A DNA stretch of 63,989 nucleotides, the filler included, from Octopus bimaculoides (taxonomy: Eukaryota), in the NCBI RefSeq assembly GCF_001194135.2. It is 4 parts of 4 records of this genome, joined end to end, with 100 filler letters (N's around TTAATTAATTAA, not from the genome) between each part and the next. Parts side by side here need not be neighbours in the genome. Positions count along the whole stretch, not along the records: positions 1 to 31,890 come from NC_068981.1; 3 more parts are not named here. One strand, given 5' to 3'. This document shows, piece after piece, positions 14,045-26,182 of the stretch. The position numbers and the translations under genes were made by a program. Position 1 is the first letter of the stretch, and the number at the start of each line of letters is the position of its first letter. The notes below the pieces were generated by a model that was given only the letters and a program-made list of their open reading frames with translations, was not told where the DNA came from and made no database searches.

Positions 14045-14475
14045 NNNNNNNNNNNNNNNNNNNNNNNNNNNNNNNNNNNNNNNNNNNNNNNNNNNNNNNN
14101 NNNNNNNNNNNNNNNNNNNNNNNNNNNNNNNNNNNNNNNNNNNNNNNNNNNNNNNNNNNNNNNNNNNNNNNNNNNNNNNNNNNNNNNNNNNNNNNNNNNN
14201 NNNNNNNNNNNNNNNNNNNNNNNNNNNNNNNNNNNNNNNNNNNNNNNNNNNNNNNNNNNNNNNNNNNNNNNNNNNNNNNNNNNNNNNNNNNNNNNNNNNN
14301 NNNNNNNNNNNNNNNNNNNNNNNNNNNNNNNNNNNNNNNNNNNNNNNNNNNNNNNNNNNNNNNNNNNNNNNNNNNNNNNNNNNNNNNNNNNNNNNNNNNN
14401 NATCGTTTATACAAGTATATATATATAATAATATGCACACACACACATATATATGTATATATATATACATATATA

Positions 14476-15520
14476 CAGGGTTTGGACAAAAAATGTAAAC
14501 ACCTAACGTCATAAGCTTGAAATATCTAGAAAACCGTCAAAAGCTTGTTTATTTTTGAGTTTTTTAAATTTATTATTAGTGTTGCTTAATATGCTTTGCT
14601 AAAATTGCTGTTTCGTTTCAGATATCATCAGGAAAAAGTAATTAAAATTCATTAAAATGACAGATCTATCGGACTTTTAAAGAGGTCAAATTGTTGGTGC
14701 TCGTATGGCAGGCACTAACGTAACGAAAGCAGTCGAAATGTTTGGTGTATCAACAAGTACTGTCTCGAAAGTATTGACAGCCTTTGGGAAAGAGGGAAAA
14801 ACTTCCTCGTCGAAACAAAATTCCGGAAGAAGTACCAAAACTTTCAGACAGGGATCGTCGGACTCTTTCGCGAATTGTTAGAAAGGATTACAAAAGTTCA
14901 ACTCCCAAAATTACTGCAGAGCTTAATGACCACCTCGGTAACACAGTTTCCACAAAAAACTATTCGCCAGGAGCTGCACAAAGCCGGATTTCATGGGAGG
15001 GCTGCAATCAGAAAGCAACTACTTTCAAAAACAAACGTTGCAAAGTGTTCAGAGTGGAGTAAATACCTACATAATAGGTCTTTAGAGCAGTGGAAGAATG
15101 TTATTTTCTCAGACGAGTCATCCTTTACCTTATTTCCCACTACTGGCCAAGTATACATGTGGAGACAGCCAAAAGAAGCATTTGACCCAGACAGCTTTCT
15201 TCCAACTGTTAAACATGGAGGAGGCCCAATAGTTTCCCTTCATGTCAGAATTAATAGTCAAGACTAAGCATTTTATCTGATCAAATTCATCCTAGATAAA
15301 CAAGTTAGGAGTCGATATCCTCCACCATCATCACCACAAGAACTGGAGACTGTTTTAGCTGAAGAATGGACAAATATTCCTCTAGAAACAATTCAAACTT
15401 TGTACGAACCCATAGCTCGTAGAATTAAAGCTGTAATTACTGCCAAAGGCGGTTCTACCCCATATTAAAATAATAAATTTGTTTGAGATTTCAAGGTGCT
15501 TCCATTATTTTGTCCAACCC

Positions 15521-15523
<3 letters not shown>
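14476..15523 (+). mobile_element. Tc1-like DNA transposon, internally deleted and frameshifted
   Basis: TIRs CAGGGTTTGGACAAAAAATG and the reverse complement of the right end, CAGGGGTTGGACAAAATAATG, with TA on both sides. Transposase motifs RGQIVGAR, WKNVIFSDESSFTLF, PTVKHGGG; most of the DDE core after GGG is missing; C-terminal EEWTNIPLETIQTL..RRIKAVITAKGG present. Confidence 0.92.
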
Positions 15524-15588
<65 letters not shown>

Positions 15589-15925
15589 GCATGTTTTCAT
15601 TTATACACTATTTAGATGTATACTCATACATATATATGCATATGTAAATATATTTATCTACATGTATACACGTGTGTGTGCGTGCGCGTGTGTGTCCATC
15701 TATACATATGAATAATAACGAGAATAAAAATATCTCGAATGCTATGCAAAATAAATTCTTAATTTATTGAAATTATCTTCCCTTCGTAAAAAAATGGACT
15801 AATGCCCTAAGGCAATTTCGTTCACATCCAAATGAAAAAGGGAGATAATTCCAAGAATCAAGACGCATCTAAAACTGACATGCCAAAAGGAAAAGAGCGT
15901 ATGATTGTTTGGCGATAAGAAGACG

Positions 15926-15970
15926 ACTATGTACACACGTTTCTGACACAGTGAACATCTTCAACCTAGC
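15926..15970 (-). ncRNA. Degenerate type-I hammerhead-ribozyme-like motif
   Basis: Reverse complement: GCTAGG TTGAAGA TGTTCACTGTGTCA GAAAC GTGT GTA CATAGT. Core has C3U; stem I pairs 5/6; stem II is weak. Confidence 0.4.
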
Positions 15971-16029
15971 AGTTGTCCTTTGAGTCCAGCCAAAAAGCAT
16001 TTCTTTCAACGCTGTGACGACTCTGCCGT

Positions 16030-16270
16030 TTCACCACCCTTAATAATAGTTTCTAACTTATGCACTATGCTAACAATTTGGGGGGAAGAGTGTTAATCGA
16101 TATCATCGATTCTAGTACTTGACTGGTACCTAATTTCATGAATACTAGAAGGATTAAAGGCAAAGTTGACATCGGCGGAGTTCGAACTCAGATCAGAAAG
16201 AGCCGGAACAACTACCGCGAAGCAATTTTCGAGACGCTCTCACGATGCTTTACAAGAATTGTTTCTCGTC
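16030..16270 (-). mobile_element. tRNA-derived SINE, family A (degenerate)
   Basis: GAAGGATTAAAGGCAAAGTTGACATCGGCGGAGTTCGAACTCAG is the reverse complement of the family A body; further fragments to ~16540. Confidence 0.7.
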
Positions 16271-17612
16271 TAGACTCAGGGCCAGAAACTTATAAGGAGT
16301 CGGGGAGGACAGACGATTACCTCTTTGATACTTAGCTGTTGCTGTATGTTGCCGACCCTAAGAGAATGAAAGGCAAAAGTTGACTTATGCAGCAACTGAA
16401 CTTAAACTGTAGCAGAGACAATGGAATCGATCATCGTATGTGTCACATACGTATTTTATCGATCCCGGAAGAATGTTTAAAGACCAAATGAACCTCAGTA
16501 GGACTTGAAGACAAGAATGTAGAGACGCAAAAATAATTACAGGAATGCGTTTAGTCTGACGGTAGATGGCGTTGATCATAACAATTTCTTACCTTGGCAC
16601 TATTTACCAATAACAAGAACCCAATAACAACGACTACTACTACTACTACTACTACTACTATTACTACTACTATTACTACTACTACTACTGCTGCTGCTGC
16701 TACTACACATGTCTCATCAGAATATTTTGCAAAAAAGGAACATAATGGTTATGAAACGAACCAGCGAACGTTCACCTCCCACGTCACCCCCGCTCTTTCT
16801 TCCTTTCTTTTTTTCTTTCTTTCTTTCTTTCTATCCATACATATATATCTGTTTTTTCTTTGTCTCTATCTCTCTCACCGAGTGTGTGTGTATGCACGCG
16901 CGCGTGTGCATGTGTATGTGTGGGTGTGTGTACGTGATCGTGAGTGAACGCGTGCGTGCGTGCGCGCAGGCGCATGCATGTGCATAGATATTCAGCCATA
17001 TTGTACCAAGTAGCCTTCCTTGCAGGTCCACACTACAAAACAACCGCATCGCCGGGTTCATATGCTAAATATGACTAACATAATAAAATATTAATATGGC
17101 TTAGAGTCAGTCCAACTCTGTCTCCTCGAATGTTAACAGCATTGCAAGAGTTAAAACTGACATTCAGTGTTTCTCTCACTAGATTAAACATTAACAACCG
17201 ACACTAACACACGCAGACAAGCAAAACAGCCACAAAGAAAGATTGGCAGGGCAGACGACACAAGTAACAATATGCGCGCGCACACACACATATTTGAGTA
17301 AACAGTCTGCTTTGCTCGCTGTGTACTGTATTTATATCATTGTGAGTTCATACGAGCGATGAAATTATATTACTGATTAAAACTGCGCACGCGTATGTGC
17401 GTATTTGTGTGTGTGTGTGTGTGCGTGCGCGTACGCGCACGCACTTGTGTTTCTCTTTCCCTCACTCTTTATAAATACATATGCATATGTGCGCGCGCTC
17501 ATATTTCTCTCTCCTTCTCAATGTGTGTGTGTGTGTGTGTGCATGTCCATTCATATATATATATATATACATACACGCACGCACACACACACACATCCAT
17601 CTATGCACACAC

Positions 17613-17677
<65 letters not shown>

Positions 17678-17789
17678 GTATATGTATATATACACGCACG
17701 CACACGTTCATATATATACACACACAAGTGACAAACTGATAAACATGAACCTGTCTTTTCGTTTTGGGTTTTAAAGACTTGTGGACGCG

Positions 17790-17822
<33 letters not shown>

Positions 17823-17979
17823 ATACATGTGATTATGAATGCAATGTACTGTAGTACTCCATACCTAGTGGCAAAGCATATGGGAGTCCATTGGCCATTA
17901 TAGTGTGCTCTGGCCCATTCTGAGGTCATGTCTTCTTCATATTACATGTTTTACTTTATTCCTAACATTTATACTTTAC

Positions 17980-18024
17980 ATTCACTGAGGATCGGAGATT
18001 TCTACATGAAACCACAGTAAGAAT
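17980..18024 (+). ncRNA. Degenerate type-I hammerhead-like motif upstream of a PLE
   Basis: ATTCA CTGAGGA TCGGAGATTTCTACAT GAAAC CACA GTA AGAAT. Core intact; stem I 4/5; stem II imperfect. Confidence 0.45.
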
Positions 18025-18249
18025 TTAAACATATATTATTAACTATTTAATCAACACGTATACATACATACATACATACATACATAATTTCAGGTTAGCC
18101 ATGTAAACGCAGATCCATTAAAGATATTCCAGCCGCAATCGACCCATTTTTAATTCAAACATAATATTCTTAAGGTTACATTATCTAAATATGTTTTTCC
18201 TCCTTAAGACGGCGTTTAATTTGAGCGAGATGTGACTGTGATTTCAAGC

Positions 18250-19560
18250 TTTTGAGTGAATATAGTTTGTAAAGAGTCTTTGCCCCAAATCTTCATACCT
18301 CATAATGACACGACTGCATTGTTTGATGTCTTTATGGGGAGCTTTGACGGGGCTGAAATCGCCGACCCCGTCGTGTTATACATTTTGGATACCCTCAAGA
18401 GACGTACCCGTCCACAAAGGTCGACCCTCTATAAGGACGATGGCTTGGCTATCTCAGGTCATATAAATGGCCACGCCATGGATAGGTTCAAAAAGGACTT
18501 GATAAAAGTATTCAAAGAGTTCGGTCTGTCCATAACGGTTACCACCAACCTGACTACGGCCGATTTCTTGGACGTAATCTTACACGTGAACACGGGCAAA
18601 TACTACCGCAACAGAAAGCCTAATGAAGAAACGGTATATATTCACAAGAGCTCATTCCCCTGTAATTAGAAACCTTGTTTCAGGCATTAGTAAACGGGTG
18701 TCTAAACTCTCAACTAACATGGAGATCTTTAGTATGGCCGCCCCACCCCACTACAACGATGTTTTAGTTAGGAGGGGATTTTCTGAGAAGCTCACATATG
18801 TAGACGAACCCCAAACCCACTCTCCCCACTCCAAAAGAATTATGAAAAGGAAAATAATCTGGTATAACCCCACCATCTAACCTAGAAGTTTCTACCGACG
18901 TAGAAAATAATCTGGTATAATCCCACCATCTAACCTAGAAGTTTCTACGGACGCTTCCCGTCGTTAATAAAGAAACATTTCTTCAGAAGCCGTATGTATT
19001 ACAAACTCTCCAGCCTCAATAATGTAAAGGTAAGCTACTCCTGCTTAGACAACATCGTACGCATGAACAGATGTATAAACGCACCCAACCCCCAGCCCCA
19101 ACTGCTGAAACCCTATCGCCTGTCCTCCAGGAGGATCCTCTCTCTCAAAGGCTGTAGTATACAGCGTCACCCTTACGCTATCCAATAGCATTACTAGGCA
19201 CTATGCTGGCATGACAGCCAATGACTTCAAGAGAAGATATTCCGAGTATTTGCATTCATTTAGATCCAGGGACAGAGAGAACTCCACTTCCCTGTCGCGC
19301 TTTCTCTGGAGACTGCGTGACCTCTGAGACGAAACATCCAGCATCAAGTGGACTATTATCGACAGGGCACCACCATATTCACTCGGCGCCTTAATTGCCA
19401 GCTGCGCCTCCGCGAAAAACTGCATATTATCTACCGACCCGCAGTATCCATCAACAAGAAACATGAGGACTCGTATTGCTGTTACCAGAGGTACACCGTT
19501 CTGGTAAGTTTCAAGCCACTGGCCGCAGACAACTCGGATACACTTCCTTAGTAATGCACA
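18250..19560 (+). mobile_element. Penelope-like retroelement remnant (RT plus C-terminal GIY-YIG), pseudogenised
   Basis: RT motifs FDVFMGSFDGAE, LYKDDGL and ADFLDV; linker RKIIWYNP and NVKVSYSC; endonuclease YAGMTANDFKRRY..NSTSLSRFLW..IKWTII..NCQLRLREKLHII. Several frameshifts and stops. Confidence 0.88.
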
Positions 19561-19870
19561 ATGAATAATTCCGTCGTGGTACAATGATGGTAGTATTACA
19601 CCATTATATTTGTTTTACTTTGGAATAATAGCATTATATATTATGAAATACTTAAGTTGATCATTATATTTGAGATGTTGCTTGTATAAATAAATTACAT
19701 CACAGAAGTGGTCTGTGAATTGGTTAGTTGGGAAGAATCTAACATTTCGGGCCTTATTCTTGCATTTGAGAGAAGCAGAGAAAATGGGAATGGGTGTAGC
19801 TTTGGCTGTGTGAAAGTAAGTGAAGAAATTGAAGTTCAAGAAGAGTTAGCATGAGGAGTGAGAATGGCAA

Positions 19871-19873
<3 letters not shown>

Positions 19874-19912
<39 letters not shown>

Positions 19913-20039
19913 ATGATAAAGGGTCAGACATTTTGGGTGCAAGGTGAACAAAATGGGGAAACCAAGAATTGGAAAGGGATGGGAGAAAGATCCACTACCT
20001 CAAGCAAAGCAAAAATGAATAATAAATAAATGGAGTTTA

Positions 20040-20110
<71 letters not shown>

Positions 20111-20237
20111 ATGATAAAGGGTCAGACATTTTGGGTGCAAGGTGAACAAAATGGGGAAACCAAGAATTGGAAAGGGATGGGAGAAAGATCCACTACCTCA
20201 AGCAAAGCAAAAATGAATAATAAATAAATGGAGTTTA

Positions 20238-20273
<36 letters not shown>
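19874..20273. repeat. Tandem duplication of a 132-bp unit bracketed by (GA)n
   Basis: 19911-20042 and 20109-20240 read identical; each is preceded and followed by (GA)n. Confidence 0.85.
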
Positions 20274-20276
<3 letters not shown>

Positions 20277-21635
20277 GGAACGGTAAGTGGAGGTAAGATC
20301 AGCCGCACCTAGAAAAGCTATTTCAGTGTAAATGCACCAGTAGAATATTCTTAATATAGAATGACCGAATTATTTAGCCAGTAGTAATAGACGCACGTAA
20401 ATAGTTTGCCCTCGTTTACCGGCATGCAGACATACATTTGTACAAATATATACGTAAACACAAGTAGGAGTATATGCACCCATACATATATGTCTGCATA
20501 CACGCCCATATATACATAGATATAGAGTATTCTTAATTGAAATAACAGAAAGCAAGAGGGCACTAGAGACAAGCTAGGGCAGATTAAGAGGAAGGCAGAC
20601 TTATAGGAAGTAGAGGCGTATATTCATATCCTGCTGAGCAGAGGTTCTTGTTTTAAGATGACACGCTTTTCTCAGCGCGTGCGCAGTTGAACCATGGAGC
20701 AGGACAACACCACAGACTGACATTAAACAGCAGGACAGCTCCAAAGTCTGGCATCAAACAGGTACAGAGGAATAGAGACAGAGATGAACTAACTAAAGCC
20801 TGTAGTAGGCCAAATCCAGCCTGCTGACTTTGCTGAATATGCAATGTTGCATACAAATGTTCGCTGTTTTACTTATCTATCTTTCGTGTACAAAGACTGA
20901 AATCCAGAGTTGGAAAATATAAAAGAAAATATGTCTTCATTTGCAGTGAACCTGAATGAATCGGCGAGTCTTTGAATAGTAGATATTGTCGAAACAGTGA
21001 CTAAACGTGTCTCACATGCAGCCTCAACATAGTTTACATCATGGTTTCAAAACATTTTCACGCTGCCACCCCCTTGGCACTCGGGCGACATTTCTAGCGC
21101 TTCTTCCCCATCTCCACCACAAACATAGACCTACATAACCCATTATTTTTTTCTACATCCATCGCCCCCTTTTCGCCACCCTATTATCGCCACTCTTCAA
21201 CGATTCCCTGAACCTTTCCACGACACCAATAGGGCAGTACCACCCATTTTGGGGTCCACTGGCTTACATGAATAACAGTTTTTAAGAAAGTGGGGAGTTA
21301 GAAAAATGTTTAGATGTCCATTAAGAAGAGCAACTAAACTGGCTGACGGCACATTTACACTGAATCTACGGTCGCTTCCATTCACCCAAATTAAAAATGT
21401 TTAAACTTTTCCTTGAATGCCACGGCATACATGATACATACCAATTTTACGTATTTTACCCTTTGAGCTGATATATCCATTCAAAATTTTATTACCACTG
21501 ACTGTGGAAAGCGATTTTACCATGCGGCTTTGAAACATAATACTCTCCCTATGCTGTAAAAAGTAAAGACATCTCCAGTGACACTTTTTACAAACGACAA
21601 TCTTTTTAGATTTACTTCATTTTTTTCCCCACATA

Positions 21636-22045
21636 GGTGCAGGCGTGGCTGCGTGGTAAGAAGTGTGTTTCCTAACCACATAGTTCCGGGTTCAGTCCCA
21701 CTTCGTAGCACCTTGAGCAAGTGTCTTCAACTTTTGCCTCGATCCGACCAACACCTAATGAGTGGAGTTGGTAGAAGAAAACTGAAAGAAGACAGTTGTA
21801 TCTGTGTCTGTGTGTGTATGTGCGTGCGCGTTTGTCCCCCACCACCGCTAGACAATAGGTGTTGTGTGTGTGTTTACGTTCCCGTTACTTAGCGGTTCGG
21901 CAAAACAAACTGATAGAATAAATACTAGGTTAGAAAAAAAAAAAAAAAAACAGTAAGTTCTGAGGTCGATTTCTTCGACTAAAACACTTCAAGGCGGTGT
22001 TTCAGCATGGCCACAGTCAAATGACTGAAAAAAAGAGTAAAAGAT
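21636..22045 (+). mobile_element. tRNA-derived SINE, family B
   Basis: GGCGTGGCTGCGTGGTAAG..CCGGGTTCAGTCCCAC..CACCTTGAGCAAGTGTCTT..conserved tail. Confidence 0.85.
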
Positions 22046-22973
22046 ATTTCAACAAATATCTCTTTACAGAGCAAAAATCAAATACTTTTAACGGTGAATA
22101 GGAAAAGTGTAACTAGCGAAAATATGTTACAGAAAAGTATTGCAGAAAATATCAGTTCTATTTCTTGGTGGCTAATTAACATTATTACGAGAATGAACCT
22201 GAAATTTAATAAAGTAGTTAAAGCATTAAATGACTAACGATCTTCCATTGGAATATGTAATGTTTTTTGTTTTATAAATACTAATTAGCGACCAGTACAC
22301 TGGCAGCCATTTTGGCCGAATAAATCAAACTCAGGAAAATGTTTTCTCTTTCACTCCGTACGTGATATTTTGAGCAGTTCTCCGATCTTGCTCTTTTACC
22401 TAAAGCACTTCATAACCGAATCAAGTTTTTCCTCTAGTCACATTTACAGATGTCTTAAAATAATAAGATACGTTTAAATTGAATGATAACCAATATTGCA
22501 GGATATCTTTCACGCAGGTCACGAATGTAAATAACAGTATCTTTAGTAACATGCGAACTCAATATTTGACTTTACAAACATAAAAATGTATGCAATGTAT
22601 TCTCTTCAACACGTTTTATATAAATCTATTTTTAATAATGTTTTAATTTCAGACCGCTTTGTTGTATTCCTCTGCATGTATTATTGTCCGTTTTCACTTT
22701 CACTTTCACTACTTTTATAAGAACACGCGCTGCTTAATTATTTCGATTGATTTATTTTTACTATATTTTTACTTTGCTTTTGAAAGAAACGCGCGAGCGT
22801 GCACACATTCGTAATACCACAAAAAGGCGATATATAGGTGTATATTTGTATGTTATGAAAGTATGTATACAGGCGAATCATTAATCTCAGATTTCTAATC
22901 AAACAGAAGGGCGACATCATGAGGAATTATGTACATTATTTACATTTGACGGATATTTGTCCTCATCTTGTTT

Positions 22974-23020
22974 GACACAACGTTTCGGCTGATAATACCC
23001 TCCAGCCTTCACAAGGTGTC
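22974..23020 (-). ncRNA. Hammerhead-like motif in a short non-coding repeat (22925-23070), core mutated
   Basis: Reverse complement: GACAC CTTGTGA A GGCTG gagggtattat CAGCC GAAAC GTT GTGTC. Perfect 5-bp stems I and II; palindromic AACGTT stem III; core CTTGTGA instead of CTGATGA. Confidence 0.6.
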
Positions 23021-23095
23021 TTGGAGAAATTTCGAACCTGGGTTCTCATTCCTAAGGTATATTTCGATGTTGTTGTTGTTGTTGTTCTTCTTCTT

Positions 23096-23195
<100 letters not shown>

Positions 23196-23289
23196 TCACT
23201 GTTTGGAATCGTACTCGGGATCATGGGGTTAGTAGCCTGCGCTCTTAACCACTATGTCATATGCCCGTGGGTTTGAAGCACATTTATTC

Positions 23290-24540
23290 TATTACAGAAG
23301 TTGTTTTTCACTAGAATAATTGCTAATAATGAAACTGCAACTAATGCTATTTTGAGAGTAGCTTATTATTAGCTAAGAAATAAAAACTATTTAACAACTG
23401 TGAATTAATGATTTCTTGTATGCTAGCAAGAGCTGGAAAAGTATGTCTATAAAATTTAGTTTTATTTAAGAATATTAGTCTGTCTGCAAAAGTAGTAATT
23501 ATAACTATGAACGTCAAAAACATAAGAAATTAACTTCATGTGGCAATGAAGCAATAACACACAATACTCCCAATCGTTTTCTCTGACTCTTGATGAATCA
23601 ATAGGTGTGTTTGACAATCTAATGTTGTTCGGTCGAAAAATGATGGATGAACTAGCTTTGCTGAGCAGCATGCAGAAAAAAAAGTTACTGGGGAAGACCT
23701 TTCCAAAGTAGTGGAGGCAACGCTGATCTAGGTTTGTGTAAAACAACTGATGGTGGGGAGGAAAAAAATATGTCGTATCGGAGAAGGTTCCATTGGACAC
23801 GTCTACGAAGCTCGTAACATATTGGATTTACAAATTGTACGGTGTTTCACTGAAGCATTTATCAGTGAGCACTTGAAGAAAAACAGATCAGTCATAAGTG
23901 ATTAAATCAGTCGTGTGTTAGCAGCAAATTTTATTTGATCACGTGTATTCGATCATTTCTAATATTTTTGGAAGAAACAGAAGCTGAATATAACGATTTA
24001 CCGTAACGCACTGCTGTAAGATGACCTAGTAGCAGTAAAGTTATCTCACTTTTTTAAAAATCAAATAAAAGCTGATATTTTTTCATAGGAAAAATTATGC
24101 TCAGTCGTTCCTTAGAAACGGCAAATGGTTGTGGAAATTGACATTCTCATGTGACTTAATGACGCTTCTTAATGAGTTTAAAATTAGATCACAAGAGGAT
24201 TTGGAGCATACATGAGACATATATTTAAACCTTTCTACATAAATTAACCTTTTTTTTTCTACTTCTGGTTAATGATAAAGATCTTCAACCACTTTCCCTA
24301 CTGTAAAAAATATAACCAAGAAGTAAATTCTCTATTTCCTTTCAAATTCACTCAAACAGTTCTCAGAAATCTGAAGCTACAGTTTTCAGCAGCCATTTTC
24401 ACATCTCGATGAGAATGTAAAATATTGAAGAGCGTTCAAAATACATTTGATTGTATTATCGAGGAACTCTTGTCAGACTTCCAGTTGGTAGATATTGAGT
24501 TTTAGTCAATAACATGCTTAAAAAAAAGGTATAAATACCA
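23290..24540 (+). mobile_element. hAT transposase remnant (SPIN/Buster/GTF2IRD2-like), heavily degraded
   Basis: Pieces read NISLSAK, FSLTLDESIGVFD (xSLALDESTD), H*SIYQ*AL (HCIIHQEAL) and RTAVR*PSSSKVI (HTxVRWLSxGKVL), in the expected order. Confidence 0.7.
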
Positions 24541-24555
24541 CCCATTTCTAACAAA

Positions 24556-24595
24556 ACTGTCCGATGAACGGGAACGTGAAACTCAGAGTAACAGT
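24556..24595 (+). ncRNA. Compact type-I hammerhead-like motif (U4C variant)
   Basis: ACTGT CCGATGA ACG GGAA CGT GAAAC TCAGA GTA ACAGT. Stem I 5/5, stem II 3/3, stem III 3 bp, GUA triplet; one core substitution. Confidence 0.6.
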
Positions 24596-24869
24596 CTTTT
24601 GTTATATTTCTGCTGCTTTTAAATAAAGCATATTACTCTACCTCTGGTATTTGAGTACTCTTTTTTCCACCTTGTTGCACATTTCATGTGCTTACTCCGG
24701 TACATACATATGTATACATACGTATATATACATATATATATATATATATATACATATATACATACATATACACACATATATATACATACATACATATAAA
24801 CATATATATATATACATATATACATATATATACATACATATATACATATATATACATACATATATATGC

Positions 24870-24972
<103 letters not shown>

Positions 24973-26150
24973 CATATATACATATACATATATATACGTA
25001 TATATACATAATATATATACATATATATATATATGCATACATATATATACATGTATATATGCATACATATATATAGATACATATATACACACATATATAT
25101 TTAAACATATATATACATATATACATCTCTCAAAGCCCAACCCCCTCGTCCTCGTCGTGAGAGATGGAAACAGGTAAAGCTGGCCAATGGTGAAGTTGAA
25201 TGGACGAATCACTCGTGCAATAGATTTTCAAATTGATTCCGAAAACACTCATAGTTGACAAGTCTTGTATTAATTTACCAACTGAAGGTTTTTCAGAGTC
25301 AAAGGTGTGTATATAAGTACGTATATATNNNNNNNNNNATACATATATATAAAGTATAGATGTCAGTAAGTACATATACGTATGTATATATGCATATATA
25401 TATGTTACTTATATTATTATATGATTAATCGCCATGCATCCTATTCCAATAAGTTTTATCTTAAGAATTCTGATACGCACTCTATACTATCTTTTTACTC
25501 CTTCGTTTTTCTCTGTCTCTCTCTTATTCTTTTACCTCCATTTCTCCTACTACTCTGTCCTATTACTCTGTCACTCTCTCTCCCTCACTCCTCCTCCCTT
25601 GCTCACATGGCTCCCACGTGACCATCGGCCATCTTTCTTTCTTCTCCTAACTTGTGTTTCTTTCTCTCCGTTGTAGCTGGAACAAGGAAGACGTGTTCTT
25701 CTCTGTCTCCTGTCCAAGCTTGAATTACGCGCTCGCCACCACAACCTCGTTTAGGATTAGCAGCCCTTCCTGTTTGTTTTCGCTGTCCTGTTTGTGTTAC
25801 CAATTTTGATCCTCCGTAAAGTCCCAAATTTTATTTAATTTGCTTTCCGGGAGCAACTGTTTTATCGAAAGCGTATATTGTTGTTAAATGCTCGAATTAC
25901 GAGAGTAGAAAAACAGCCAACAACTGATGAAGAGTCGTTCTTTATCTTGTTTTCCATTTGTGTCTTTCGTTGTTCGAAAAAATAGTTCATATTCCATGTT
26001 TTTCTACTTCGTATTTTTTTGTTGTACACGTTTCATGACGTCTTGTGCCCNNNNNNNNNNTATATATATATATATATATATATACGTATAGATATAAATA
26101 TGTACATATACGTATGTATATATGCATATATATATTATTTATATTATTAT

Positions 26151-26182
<32 letters not shown>

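Noticed and set aside
13943-14470. Direct repeat flanking the gap as a TSD or LTR (also 36250-36670 and 44810-45000)
   Set aside because: Identical sequence on both sides of an N run is typical of unmerged contig overlaps.
14615-14631. Minus-strand CTGATGA-tatct-GAAAC hammerhead core
   Set aside because: No stem II or stem I; part of the Tc1 5' region.
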